In this document: positions 10,441-24,692 of the stretch, one piece after another
How positions within the stretch are numbered: the stretch's first letter is position 1
Layout: the number at the start of each line of letters is the position of its first letter
Assembly: GCA_964016885.1 (NCBI GenBank)
Contig: OZ024761.1
Coordinates: 23,746,001 to 23,810,000 of the forward strand
Direction: 5' to 3'
DNA: 64,000 bases
Source of the DNA: Eledone cirrhosa
Taxonomy: Eukaryota
Notes under the pieces: model-generated
Seen by the model: only the letters and a program-made list of their open reading frames with translations
Told to the model about the DNA's origin: nothing
Database searches by the model: none
Program-made: the position numbers and the translations under genes

Positions 10441-12993
10441 AGATTTCTTTTGTGAACAATTAAATATTCTCAGTAGTAGAAGGGTCGTGGGGATAGAGTC
10501 CTTACGCATGCCTTCCATCCGGTTCTGTCCGAAACAACCGTTTCCAACTGGTTCAGCTGCATCCACAAGTGATACCAGCTGAGCTGAGGTCATGGATGTT
10601 AGCCAAACATCTTGCTATAGGGCTCCTCTGTCACTTGGTTTTGCTCGTAAAATCTGTCCATTGAGACATTCTAACCACTGATCCATAACATCGAAAGATC
10701 CTGAGTGGAGTAAACCTCAGATAAATTTTATTAAACAATTTTTCAATTAGATTATATGTTTGCAATAATAAAAATAAAATAACAAAAAGCAATGGAAATC
10801 GGAGGAAGGAGCAACTGATTGTACACTGCGGCCTGGGCACTATGTTTTAGCTGTACCCTGTGATGGACAGCCACTCCACTTCACAGCTCGAATGTACATA
10901 CATTATATATATACGAGCAGTGGTACCCGGCGTTGCACGGGATAAGGTATTTTGGAACCCGGGCCGCCAACAGACCTAATCGTGGAAAAACTGCATGCCT
11001 GGACAATATGTAAAGAAAATAAACCGAATACTTTGATGGCTGGATAATCTTTAAGATTTTCCTCGATGAAGCAGGAAAGGTGCAGGTTTTCACCTAATGC
11101 GGGCCCTAGGGGTTCATGAAAATAATAATTTTTTTATGTGCATAATATGCCTTGAAATTTCTGGAAAATCGGCTAGACGTAACGCCTCAAAAAAGCCCTA
11201 AAAAGCTGAAAAAAATGAAGTTATTCACCTAATGCGGGCCCTAGGCCATAAAAAAGTTGGATTTTCTTTGCTCACGGTATGAAGAAGAGACTGACTAATA
11301 CATAGTTACAATTTCAAGGAAATCAGTCTGACGTAACGCCTCAAAAACCCCCTAAAAACCTGAAAAAAACGCAGTTTTTCACCTAATGCGGGCCTTAGGG
11401 GATCAAAAGGTTGAATTTTTTTATGTATATAAAACTCCCTGAAGCATAAGTAATACACATGTAAAGTTTGAAAAAAGTTGGTAGGATACTTTTCGAGTTT
11501 TAGGGATTCAAATTCACAGACACAGACAGTCATCCTCAGTTTTATATATATAGATATGTGTATATATATGTATGCATATATATATATATATATATACATA
11601 TATATATGTATATATGATGGCTGGCCCCTCGTTATCGAGTATGGCAATTGCACGATATACCATTATTAATTAATTCTATCGTGCAATGCCTGAAAATGTA
11701 AGAGACACATTACAGAATGTATTTCTAGATACACAATGTCAGAAATACTAAGTAACACGAGATGGTCACGGTTGGAAGAATATCTATGGACGAAAGGTTT
11801 GCTTGGTTTAGGCTGACATGTCATGACAGACACCGAGAAATTAATTTCTGTCTGAAAGATACTAGATCCAGCTAACCCCTCCCCACTATAAAGAAAAGAT
11901 GAAATAAATGTTATCAAAGACCCTAAATAAGTAACGTATAAAGATAAGGGTAAAAATAAACTAACATCTAAATAACTTATGTTGTATTCGAGACAATCGG
12001 GGTAGCTTGGTTACTAACAACAAAGTTCCTATCATGGTTGACGACTTGCCTTACTAAAGTATTACACAATGTTTATAAAGGTCCTTAGTTTCGCTATCAC
12101 CTGTGACAATATCTTGGCTTACCTGAACAATATTTAGAAGGAAATGCACGTTTTATTATTTTTTGTGTCTTTGTGAGCATATATACATATATATTTTTTT
12201 TTGTTGAAAATTCAGCTAACTTTTGTTGAAAATATAGTCAATTTTTGGTGAATATTCACTCGAATTTTATTGAAAATTTAGCCAATTTTTCCTGAAAATA
12301 CATCCAATTTTTGGTGGAATATTCAGCCAATTTCTGTTCAAAATTTAGTCACTATTTGTTCAAAATACATCCAACTTTTGTTGAAAGTTTAGTCAATTTT
12401 TATTGAAAATTTAGCCAATTTTTGCTGAAAATACAGCCAATTTTTGGTGAAAAATCAGCCAATTTTTGTTCCAAATTTAGTCAATTTTTGTTCAAAATAA
12501 ATCCAACTTTTGTTGAAAGTTTAGTCAATTTTTATTGAAAATTTAGCCAATTTTTGCTGAAAATACAGCCAATTTTTGGTGAAAAATCAGCCAATTTTTG
12601 GTGAAAAATCAGCCAATTTTTGTTCCAAATTTAGTCAATTTTTGTTCAAAATAAATCCAACTTTTGTTGAAAGTTTAGTCAATTTTTATTGAAAATTTAG
12701 CCAATTTTTGCTGAAAATACAGCCAATTTTTGGTGAAAAATCAGCCAATTTTTGTTTCAAATTTAGTCAATTTTTGTTCAAAATACAGCCAACTTTTGTT
12801 GAAAGTTTAGTCAAATTAATTTCTACAGATTTTTTTGTTCCATTTGTAGATCATATTGATGGAAGAAATAAATTATGTATGTTGAAATATCCGATTATGA
12901 TATAGAAATAAAAATTAATTTGGGACTTACTATTTTGTTGTTTTTATCCATAACATGTACTACCTTTCGGATTTTCACTGTTGAAAGATTTTA

Positions 12994-13625
12994 TAGTGAT
13001 AGGGTCTGTCTACATGGTCAGTTCCTTTGCGACCAACAAGATGAGCATTCTCATTGAAAGATATTCCACAGTGATAGGGTCTTTCTACATGGTCAGTTCC
13101 TTTGCGACCAACAAGATGAGCATTCTCGTTGAAAGATATTCCACAGTGATAGGGTCTTTCTACATGGTCAGTTCCTTTGCGACCAACAAGATGAGCATTC
13201 TCGTTGAAAGATATTCCACAGTGATAGGGTCTTTCTACATGCTCAGTTCCTTTGCGACCAACAAGATGAGCATTCTCGTTGAAAGATATTCCACAGTGAT
13301 AGGGTCTTTCTACATGGTCAGTTCCTTTGCGACCAACAAGATGAGCATTCTCGTTGAAAGATATTCCACAGTGATAGGGTCTTTCTACATGGTCAGTTCC
13401 TTTGCGACCAACAAGATGAGCATTCTCGTTGAAAGATATTCCACAGTGATAGGGTCTTTCTACATGGTCAGTTCCTTTGCGACCAACAAGATGAGCATTC
13501 TCGTTGAAAGATATTCCACAGTGATAGGGTCTTTCTACATGGTCAGTTCCTTTGCGACCAACAAGATGAGCATTCTCGTTGAAAGATTTCCCATATATTT
13601 CACAGTGAAAATGTTTTTAGCTAGT
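12994..13625 (-). repeat. ZNF-derived 75-bp minisatellite, unit 3 (8 repeats)
   Basis: Eight 25-aa repeats in the overlapping ORF. Confidence 0.9.
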
Positions 13626-14770
13626 GAGATTTCTATTGTGAACAATTAAATATTCTCAGTAGTAGAAGGGTCGTGGGGATAGAGTCCTTACGCATGCCTT
13701 CCATCCGGTCCTGTCCGAAGCAACCGTTTCCAACTGGTCCAGCTGCATCCACAAGTGATACCAGCTGAGCTGAGCTCATGGATGTTAGCCAAACATCCTG
13801 CTATAGGGCTCCTCTGTCACTTGGTTTTGCTCGTAAAATCTGTCCATTGAGACATTCTAACCACTGATCAATAACATCGAAAGATCCTGAGTGGAGTAAA
13901 CCTCAGATAAATTTTATTAAACAATTTTTCAATTAGATTATATAATGTTTTCAATAATAAAAATAAAATAGCAAAAAGCAATGGAAATCGGAGGAAGGAG
14001 CAACTGATTGTACACTGCGGCCTGGGCACTATGTTTTAGCTGTACCCTGTGATGGACAGCCACTCCACTTCACAGGTCGAATGTACATACATTATATATA
14101 TACGAGCAGTGGTACCCGGCGTTGCACGGGATAAGGTATTTTGGAACGCGGGCCGCCAACAGACTTAATCGTGGAAAAACTGCATGCCTGGACAATATGT
14201 AAAGAAAATAAACCGAATACTTTGATGGCTGGATAATCTTTAAGATTTTCTTCGATGAAGCAGGAAAAATGCAGGTTTTCACTTAATGCGGGCCCTAGGT
14301 GATCAACAAAATGAATTTTTTTTTCATGTGCATAATATGCCGTGAAATTTCTGGAAAATCGGCTGGACGTAACGCCTCAAAAAAGTCCTAAAAAGCTGAA
14401 AAAAATGAAGTTATTCACCTAATGCGGGCTCTAGGTCATAAAAAAGTTGGATTTTCTTTGCTCACGGTATGAAGAAGAGACTGACTAATACATAGTTACA
14501 ATTTCAAGGAAATCAGTCTGACGTAACGCCTCAAAAAACCCCTAAAAACCTGAAAAAAACGCAGTTTTTCACCTAATGCGGGCCTTAGGGGATCAAAAGG
14601 TTGAATTTTTTTAATGTATATAGCACTCCCTGAAACATAAGTAATACACATGTAAAGTTTGAAAAAAGTTGGTAGGGTACTTTTCGAGTTTTAGGGATTC
14701 AAATTCACAGACACACAGACAGTCATCCTTAGTTTTATATATATAGATATGTGTATATATATATGTATGC

Positions 14771-14837
<67 letters not shown>

Positions 14838-16228
14838 TATATGTATATATGATGGCTGGCCCCTCGTTATCGAGTATGGCAATTGCACGATATACCATTA
14901 TTAATTAATTCTATCGTGCAATGCCTGAAAATGTAAGAGACACATTACAGAATGTATTTCTAGATACACAATGTCAGAAATACTAAGTAACACGAGATGG
15001 TCACGGTTGGAAGAATATCTATGGACGAAAGGTTTGCTTGGTTTAGGCTGACATGTCATGACAGACACCGAGAAATTAATTTCTGTCTGAAAGATACTAG
15101 ATCCAGCTAACCCCTCCCCACTATAAAGAAAAGATGAAATAAATGTTATCAAAGACCCTAAATAAGTAACGTATAAAGATAAGGGTAAAAATAAACTAAC
15201 ATCTAAATAACTTATGTTGTATTCGAGACAATCGGGGTAGCTTGGTTACTAACAACAAAGTTCCTATCATGGTTGACGACTTGCCTTACTAAAGTATTAC
15301 ACAATGTTTATAAAGGTCCTTAGTTTCGCTATCACCTGTGACAATATCTTGGCTTACCTGAACAATATTTAGAAGGAAATGCACGTTTTATTATTTTTTG
15401 TGTCTTTGTGAGCATATATACATATATATTTTTTTTTGTTGAAAATTCAGCTAACTTTTGTTGAAAATATAGTCAATTTTTGGTGAATATTCACTCGAAT
15501 TTTATTGAAAATTTAGCCAATTTTTCCTGAAAATACATCCAATTTTTGGTGGAATATTCAGCCAATTTCTGTTCAAAATTTAGTCACTATTTGTTCAAAA
15601 TACATCCAACTTTTGTTGAAAGTTTAGTCAATTTTTATTGAAAATTTAGCCAATTTTTGCTGAAAATACAGCCAATTTTTGGTGAAAAATCAGCCAATTT
15701 TTGTTCCAAATTTAGTCAATTTTTGTTCAAAATAAATCCAACTTTTGTTGAAAGTTTAGTCAATTTTTATTGAAAATTTAGCCAATTTTTGCTGAAAATA
15801 CAGCCAATTTTTGGTGAAAAATCAGCCAATTTTTGGTGAAAAATCAGCCAATTTTTGTTCCAAATTTAGTCAATTTTTGTTCAAAATAAATCCAACTTTT
15901 GTTGAAAGTTTAGTCAATTTTTATTGAAAATTTAGCCAATTTTTGCTGAAAATACAGCCAATTTTTGGTGAAAAATCAGCCAATTTTTGTTTCAAATTTA
16001 GTCAATTTTTGTTCAAAATACAGCCAACTTTTGTTGAAAGTTTAGTCAAATTAATTTCTACAGATTTTTTTGTTCCATTTGTAGATCATATTGATGGAAG
16101 AAATAAATTATGTATGTTGAAATATCCGATTATGATATAGAAATAAAAATTAATTTGGGACTTACTATTTTGTTGTTTTTATCCATAACATGTACTACCT
16201 TTCGGATTTTCACTGTTGAAAGATTTTA

Positions 16229-17010
16229 TAGTGATAGGGTCTGTCTACATGGTCAGTTCCTTTGCGACCAACAAGATGAGCATTCTCATTGAAAGATATT
16301 CCACAGTGATAGGGTCTTTCTACATGGTCAGTTCCTTTGCGACCAACAAGATGAGCATTCTCGTTGAAAGATATTCCACAGTGATAGGGTCTTTCTACAT
16401 GGTCAGTTCCTTTGCGACCAACAAGATGAGCATTCTCGTTGAAAGATATTCCACAGTGATAGGGTCTTTCTACATGCTCAGTTCCTTTGCGACCAACAAG
16501 ATGAGCATTCTCGTTGAAAGATATTCCACAGTGATAGGGTCTTTCTACATGGTCAGTTCCTTTGCGACCAACAAGATGAGCATTCTCGTTGAAAGATATT
16601 CCACAGTGATAGGGTCTTTCTACATGGTCAGTTCCTTTGCGACCAACAAGATGAGCATTCTCGTTGAAAGATATTCCACAGTGATAGGGTCTTTCTACAT
16701 GGTCAGTTCCTTTGCGACCAACAAGATGAGCATTCTCGTTGAAAGATATTCCACAGTGATAGGGTCTTTCTACATGGTCAGTTCCTTTGCGACCAACAAG
16801 ATGAGCATTCTCGTTGAAAGATATTCCACAGTGATAGGGTCTTTCTACATGGTCAGTTCCTTTGCGACCAACAAGATGAGCATTCTCGTTGAAAGATATT
16901 CCACAGTGATAGGGTCTTTCTACATGGTCAGTTCCTTTGCGACCAACAAGATGAGCATTCTCGTTGAAAGATTTCCCATATATTTCACAGTGAAAATGTT
17001 TTTAGCTAGT
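16229..17010 (-). repeat. ZNF-derived 75-bp minisatellite, unit 4 (10 repeats)
   Basis: Ten repeats; the unit is 150 bp longer than unit 3. Confidence 0.9.
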
Positions 17011-18155
17011 GAGATTTCTATTGTGAACAATTAAATATTCTCAGTAGTAGAAGGGTCGTGGGGATAGAGTCCTTACGCATGCCTTCCATCCGGTCCTGTC
17101 CGAAGCAACCGTTTCCAACTGGTCCAGCTGCATCCACAAGTGATACCAGCTGAGCTGAGCTCATGGATGTTAGCCAAACATCCTGCTATAGGGCTCCTCT
17201 GTCACTTGGTTTTGCTCGTAAAATCTGTCCATTGAGACATTCTAACCACTGATCAATAACATCGAAAGATCCTGAGTGGAGTAAACCTCAGATAAATTTT
17301 ATTAAACAATTTTTCAATTAGATTATATAATGTTTTCAATAATAAAAATAAAATAGCAAAAAGCAATGGAAATCGGAGGAAGGAGCAACTGATTGTACAC
17401 TGCGGCCTGGGCACTATGTTTTAGCTGTACCCTGTGATGGACAGCCACTCCACTTCACAGGTCGAATGTACATACATTATATATATACGAGCAGTGGTAC
17501 CCGGCGTTGCACGGGATAAGGTATTTTGGAACGCGGGCCGCCAACAGACTTAATCGTGGAAAAACTGCATGCCTGGACAATATGTAAAGAAAATAAACCG
17601 AATACTTTGATGGCTGGATAATCTTTAAGATTTTCTTCGATGAAGCAGGAAAAATGCAGGTTTTCACTTAATGCGGGCCCTAGGTGATCAACAAAATGAA
17701 TTTTTTTTTCATGTGCATAATATGCCGTGAAATTTCTGGAAAATCGGCTGGACGTAACGCCTCAAAAAAGTCCTAAAAAGCTGAAAAAAATGAAGTTATT
17801 CACCTAATGCGGGCTCTAGGTCATAAAAAAGTTGGATTTTCTTTGCTCACGGTATGAAGAAGAGACTGACTAATACATAGTTACAATTTCAAGGAAATCA
17901 GTCTGACGTAACGCCTCAAAAAACCCCTAAAAACCTGAAAAAAACGCAGTTTTTCACCTAATGCGGGCCTTAGGGGATCAAAAGGTTGAATTTTTTTAAT
18001 GTATATAGCACTCCCTGAAACATAAGTAATACACATGTAAAGTTTGAAAAAAGTTGGTAGGGTACTTTTCGAGTTTTAGGGATTCAAATTCACAGACACA
18101 CAGACAGTCATCCTTAGTTTTATATATATAGATATGTGTATATATATATGTATGC

Positions 18156-18222
<67 letters not shown>

Positions 18223-19613
18223 TATATGTATATATGATGGCTGGCCCCTCGTTATCGAGTATGGCAATTGCACGATATACCATTATTAATTAATTCTATC
18301 GTGCAATGCCTGAAAATGTAAGAGACACATTACAGAATGTATTTCTAGATACACAATGTCAGAAATACTAAGTAACACGAGATGGTCACGGTTGGAAGAA
18401 TATCTATGGACGAAAGGTTTGCTTGGTTTAGGCTGACATGTCATGACAGACACCGAGAAATTAATTTCTGTCTGAAAGATACTAGATCCAGCTAACCCCT
18501 CCCCACTATAAAGAAAAGATGAAATAAATGTTATCAAAGACCCTAAATAAGTAACGTATAAAGATAAGGGTAAAAATAAACTAACATCTAAATAACTTAT
18601 GTTGTATTCGAGACAATCGGGGTAGCTTGGTTACTAACAACAAAGTTCCTATCATGGTTGACGACTTGCCTTACTAAAGTATTACACAATGTTTATAAAG
18701 GTCCTTAGTTTCGCTATCACCTGTGACAATATCTTGGCTTACCTGAACAATATTTAGAAGGAAATGCACGTTTTATTATTTTTTGTGTCTTTGTGAGCAT
18801 ATATACATATATATTTTTTTTTGTTGAAAATTCAGCTAACTTTTGTTGAAAATATAGTCAATTTTTGGTGAATATTCACTCGAATTTTATTGAAAATTTA
18901 GCCAATTTTTCCTGAAAATACATCCAATTTTTGGTGGAATATTCAGCCAATTTCTGTTCAAAATTTAGTCACTATTTGTTCAAAATACATCCAACTTTTG
19001 TTGAAAGTTTAGTCAATTTTTATTGAAAATTTAGCCAATTTTTGCTGAAAATACAGCCAATTTTTGGTGAAAAATCAGCCAATTTTTGTTCCAAATTTAG
19101 TCAATTTTTGTTCAAAATAAATCCAACTTTTGTTGAAAGTTTAGTCAATTTTTATTGAAAATTTAGCCAATTTTTGCTGAAAATACAGCCAATTTTTGGT
19201 GAAAAATCAGCCAATTTTTGGTGAAAAATCAGCCAATTTTTGTTCCAAATTTAGTCAATTTTTGTTCAAAATAAATCCAACTTTTGTTGAAAGTTTAGTC
19301 AATTTTTATTGAAAATTTAGCCAATTTTTGCTGAAAATACAGCCAATTTTTGGTGAAAAATCAGCCAATTTTTGTTTCAAATTTAGTCAATTTTTGTTCA
19401 AAATACAGCCAACTTTTGTTGAAAGTTTAGTCAAATTAATTTCTACAGATTTTTTTGTTCCATTTGTAGATCATATTGATGGAAGAAATAAATTATGTAT
19501 GTTGAAATATCCGATTATGATATAGAAATAAAAATTAATTTGGGACTTACTATTTTGTTGTTTTTATCCATAACATGTACTACCTTTCGGATTTTCACTG
19601 TTGAAAGATTTTA

Positions 19614-20245
19614 TAGTGATAGGGTCTGTCTACATGGTCAGTTCCTTTGCGACCAACAAGATGAGCATTCTCATTGAAAGATATTCCACAGTGATAGGGT
19701 CTTTCTACATGGTCAGTTCCTTTGCGACCAACAAGATGAGCATTCTCGTTGAAAGATATTCCACAGTGATAGGGTCTTTCTACATGGTCAGTTCCTTTGC
19801 GACCAACAAGATGAGCATTCTCGTTGAAAGATATTCCACAGTGATAGGGTCTTTCTACATGCTCAGTTCCTTTGCGACCAACAAGATGAGCATTCTCGTT
19901 GAAAGATATTCCACAGTGATAGGGTCTTTCTACATGGTCAGTTCCTTTGCGACCAACAAGATGAGCATTCTCGTTGAAAGATATTCCACAGTGATAGGGT
20001 CTTTCTACATGGTCAGTTCCTTTGCGACCAACAAGATGAGCATTCTCGTTGAAAGATATTCCACAGTGATAGGGTCTTTCTACATGGTCAGTTCCTTTGC
20101 GACCAACAAGATGAGCATTCTCGTTGAAAGATATTCCACAGTGATAGGGTCTTTCTACATGGTCAGTTCCTTTGCGACCAACAAGATGAGCATTCTCGTT
20201 GAAAGATTTCCCATATATTTCACAGTGAAAATGTTTTTAGCTAGT
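19614..20245 (-). repeat. ZNF-derived 75-bp minisatellite, unit 5 (8 repeats)
   Basis: Eight repeats. Confidence 0.9.
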
Positions 20246-21390
20246 GAGATTTCTATTGTGAACAATTAAATATTCTCAGTAGTAGAAGGGTCGTGGGGAT
20301 AGAGTCCTTACGCATGCCTTCCATCCGGTCCTGTCCGAAGCAACCGTTTCCAACTGGTCCAGCTGCATCCACAAGTGATACCAGCTGAGCTGAGCTCATG
20401 GATGTTAGCCAAACATCCTGCTATAGGGCTCCTCTGTCACTTGGTTTTGCTCGTAAAATCTGTCCATTGAGACATTCTAACCACTGATCAATAACATCGA
20501 AAGATCCTGAGTGGAGTAAACCTCAGATAAATTTTATTAAACAATTTTTCAATTAGATTATATAATGTTTTCAATAATAAAAATAAAATAGCAAAAAGCA
20601 ATGGAAATCGGAGGAAGGAGCAACTGATTGTACACTGCGGCCTGGGCACTATGTTTTAGCTGTACCCTGTGATGGACAGCCACTCCACTTCACAGGTCGA
20701 ATGTACATACATTATATATATACGAGCAGTGGTACCCGGCGTTGCACGGGATAAGGTATTTTGGAACGCGGGCCGCCAACAGACTTAATCGTGGAAAAAC
20801 TGCATGCCTGGACAATATGTAAAGAAAATAAACCGAATACTTTGATGGCTGGATAATCTTTAAGATTTTCTTCGATGAAGCAGGAAAAATGCAGGTTTTC
20901 ACTTAATGCGGGCCCTAGGTGATCAACAAAATGAATTTTTTTTTCATGTGCATAATATGCCGTGAAATTTCTGGAAAATCGGCTGGACGTAACGCCTCAA
21001 AAAAGTCCTAAAAAGCTGAAAAAAATGAAGTTATTCACCTAATGCGGGCTCTAGGTCATAAAAAAGTTGGATTTTCTTTGCTCACGGTATGAAGAAGAGA
21101 CTGACTAATACATAGTTACAATTTCAAGGAAATCAGTCTGACGTAACGCCTCAAAAAACCCCTAAAAACCTGAAAAAAACGCAGTTTTTCACCTAATGCG
21201 GGCCTTAGGGGATCAAAAGGTTGAATTTTTTTAATGTATATAGCACTCCCTGAAACATAAGTAATACACATGTAAAGTTTGAAAAAAGTTGGTAGGGTAC
21301 TTTTCGAGTTTTAGGGATTCAAATTCACAGACACACAGACAGTCATCCTTAGTTTTATATATATAGATATGTGTATATATATATGTATGC

Positions 21391-21457
<67 letters not shown>

Positions 21458-22848
21458 TATATGTATATATGATGGCTGGCCCCTCGTTATCGAGTATGGC
21501 AATTGCACGATATACCATTATTAATTAATTCTATCGTGCAATGCCTGAAAATGTAAGAGACACATTACAGAATGTATTTCTAGATACACAATGTCAGAAA
21601 TACTAAGTAACACGAGATGGTCACGGTTGGAAGAATATCTATGGACGAAAGGTTTGCTTGGTTTAGGCTGACATGTCATGACAGACACCGAGAAATTAAT
21701 TTCTGTCTGAAAGATACTAGATCCAGCTAACCCCTCCCCACTATAAAGAAAAGATGAAATAAATGTTATCAAAGACCCTAAATAAGTAACGTATAAAGAT
21801 AAGGGTAAAAATAAACTAACATCTAAATAACTTATGTTGTATTCGAGACAATCGGGGTAGCTTGGTTACTAACAACAAAGTTCCTATCATGGTTGACGAC
21901 TTGCCTTACTAAAGTATTACACAATGTTTATAAAGGTCCTTAGTTTCGCTATCACCTGTGACAATATCTTGGCTTACCTGAACAATATTTAGAAGGAAAT
22001 GCACGTTTTATTATTTTTTGTGTCTTTGTGAGCATATATACATATATATTTTTTTTTGTTGAAAATTCAGCTAACTTTTGTTGAAAATATAGTCAATTTT
22101 TGGTGAATATTCACTCGAATTTTATTGAAAATTTAGCCAATTTTTCCTGAAAATACATCCAATTTTTGGTGGAATATTCAGCCAATTTCTGTTCAAAATT
22201 TAGTCACTATTTGTTCAAAATACATCCAACTTTTGTTGAAAGTTTAGTCAATTTTTATTGAAAATTTAGCCAATTTTTGCTGAAAATACAGCCAATTTTT
22301 GGTGAAAAATCAGCCAATTTTTGTTCCAAATTTAGTCAATTTTTGTTCAAAATAAATCCAACTTTTGTTGAAAGTTTAGTCAATTTTTATTGAAAATTTA
22401 GCCAATTTTTGCTGAAAATACAGCCAATTTTTGGTGAAAAATCAGCCAATTTTTGGTGAAAAATCAGCCAATTTTTGTTCCAAATTTAGTCAATTTTTGT
22501 TCAAAATAAATCCAACTTTTGTTGAAAGTTTAGTCAATTTTTATTGAAAATTTAGCCAATTTTTGCTGAAAATACAGCCAATTTTTGGTGAAAAATCAGC
22601 CAATTTTTGTTTCAAATTTAGTCAATTTTTGTTCAAAATACAGCCAACTTTTGTTGAAAGTTTAGTCAAATTAATTTCTACAGATTTTTTTGTTCCATTT
22701 GTAGATCATATTGATGGAAGAAATAAATTATGTATGTTGAAATATCCGATTATGATATAGAAATAAAAATTAATTTGGGACTTACTATTTTGTTGTTTTT
22801 ATCCATAACATGTACTACCTTTCGGATTTTCACTGTTGAAAGATTTTA

Positions 22849-23480
22849 TAGTGATAGGGTCTGTCTACATGGTCAGTTCCTTTGCGACCAACAAGATGAG
22901 CATTCTCATTGAAAGATATTCCACAGTGATAGGGTCTTTCTACATGGTCAGTTCCTTTGCGACCAACAAGATGAGCATTCTCGTTGAAAGATATTCCACA
23001 GTGATAGGGTCTTTCTACATGGTCAGTTCCTTTGCGACCAACAAGATGAGCATTCTCGTTGAAAGATATTCCACAGTGATAGGGTCTTTCTACATGGTCA
23101 GTTCCTTTGCGACCAACAAGATGAGCATTCTCGTTGAAAGATATTCCACAGTGATAGGGTCTTTCTACATGGTCAGTTCCTTTGCGACCAACAAGATGAG
23201 CATTCTCGTTGAAAGATATTCCACAGTGATAGGGTCTTTCTACATGGTCAGTTCCTTTGCGACCAACAAGATGAGCATTCTCGTTGAAAGATATTCCACA
23301 GTGATAGGGTCTTTCTACATGGTCAGTTCCTTTGCGACCAACAAGATGAGCATTCTCGTTGAAAGATATTCCACAGTGATAGGGTCTTTCTACATGGTCA
23401 GTTCCTTTGCGACCAACAAGATGAGCATTCTCGTTGAAAGATTTCCCATATATTTCACAGTGAAAATGTTTTTAGCTAGT
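22849..23480 (-). repeat. ZNF-derived 75-bp minisatellite, unit 6 (8 repeats)
   Basis: Eight repeats; lacks the ATGCTC variant in repeat 4. Confidence 0.9.
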
Positions 23481-24625
23481 GAGATTTCTATTGTGAACAA
23501 TTAAATATTCTCAGTAGTAGAAGGGTCGTGGGGATAGAGTCCTTACGCATGCCTTCCATCCGGTCCTGTCCGAAGCAACCGTTTCCAACTGGTCCAGCTG
23601 CATCCACAAGTGATACCAGCTGAGCTGAGCTCATGGATGTTAGCCAAACATCCTGCTATAGGGCTCCTCTGTCACTTGGTTTTGCTCGTAAAATCTGTCC
23701 ATTGAGACATTCTAACCACTGATCAATAACATCGAAAGATCCTGAGTGGAGTAAACCTCAGATAAATTTTATTAAACAATTTTTCAATTAGATTATATAA
23801 TGTTTTCAATAATAAAAATAAAATAGCAAAAAGCAATGGAAATCGGAGGAAGGAGCAACTGATTGTACACTGCGGCCTGGGCACTATGTTTTAGCTGTAC
23901 CCTGTGATGGACAGCCACTCCACTTCACAGGTCGAATGTACATACATTATATATATACGAGCAGTGGTACCCGGCGTTGCACGGGATAAGGTATTTTGGA
24001 ACGCGGGCCGCCAACAGACTTAATCGTGGAAAAACTGCATGCCTGGACAATATGTAAAGAAAATAAACCGAATACTTTGATGGCTGGATAATCTTTAAGA
24101 TTTTCTTCGATGAAGCAGGAAAAATGCAGGTTTTCACTTAATGCGGGCCCTAGGTGATCAACAAAATGAATTTTTTTTTCATGTGCATAATATGCCGTGA
24201 AATTTCTGGAAAATCGGCTGGACGTAACGCCTCAAAAAAGTCCTAAAAAGCTGAAAAAAATGAAGTTATTCACCTAATGCGGGCTCTAGGTCATAAAAAA
24301 GTTGGATTTTCTTTGCTCACGGTATGAAGAAGAGACTGACTAATACATAGTTACAATTTCAAGGAAATCAGTCTGACGTAACGCCTCAAAAAACCCCTAA
24401 AAACCTGAAAAAAACGCAGTTTTTCACCTAATGCGGGCCTTAGGGGATCAAAAGGTTGAATTTTTTTAATGTATATAGCACTCCCTGAAACATAAGTAAT
24501 ACACATGTAAAGTTTGAAAAAAGTTGGTAGGGTACTTTTCGAGTTTTAGGGATTCAAATTCACAGACACACAGACAGTCATCCTTAGTTTTATATATATA
24601 GATATGTGTATATATATATGTATGC

Positions 24626-24692
<67 letters not shown>

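Noticed and set aside
12981-13649. Plus-strand 222-299 aa repeat ORFs (MKDFIVIG...) as genes
   Set aside because: They start at TTG, are the antisense reading of the ZNF-derived 75-mer, and are open only because the unit lacks a stop in that frame.
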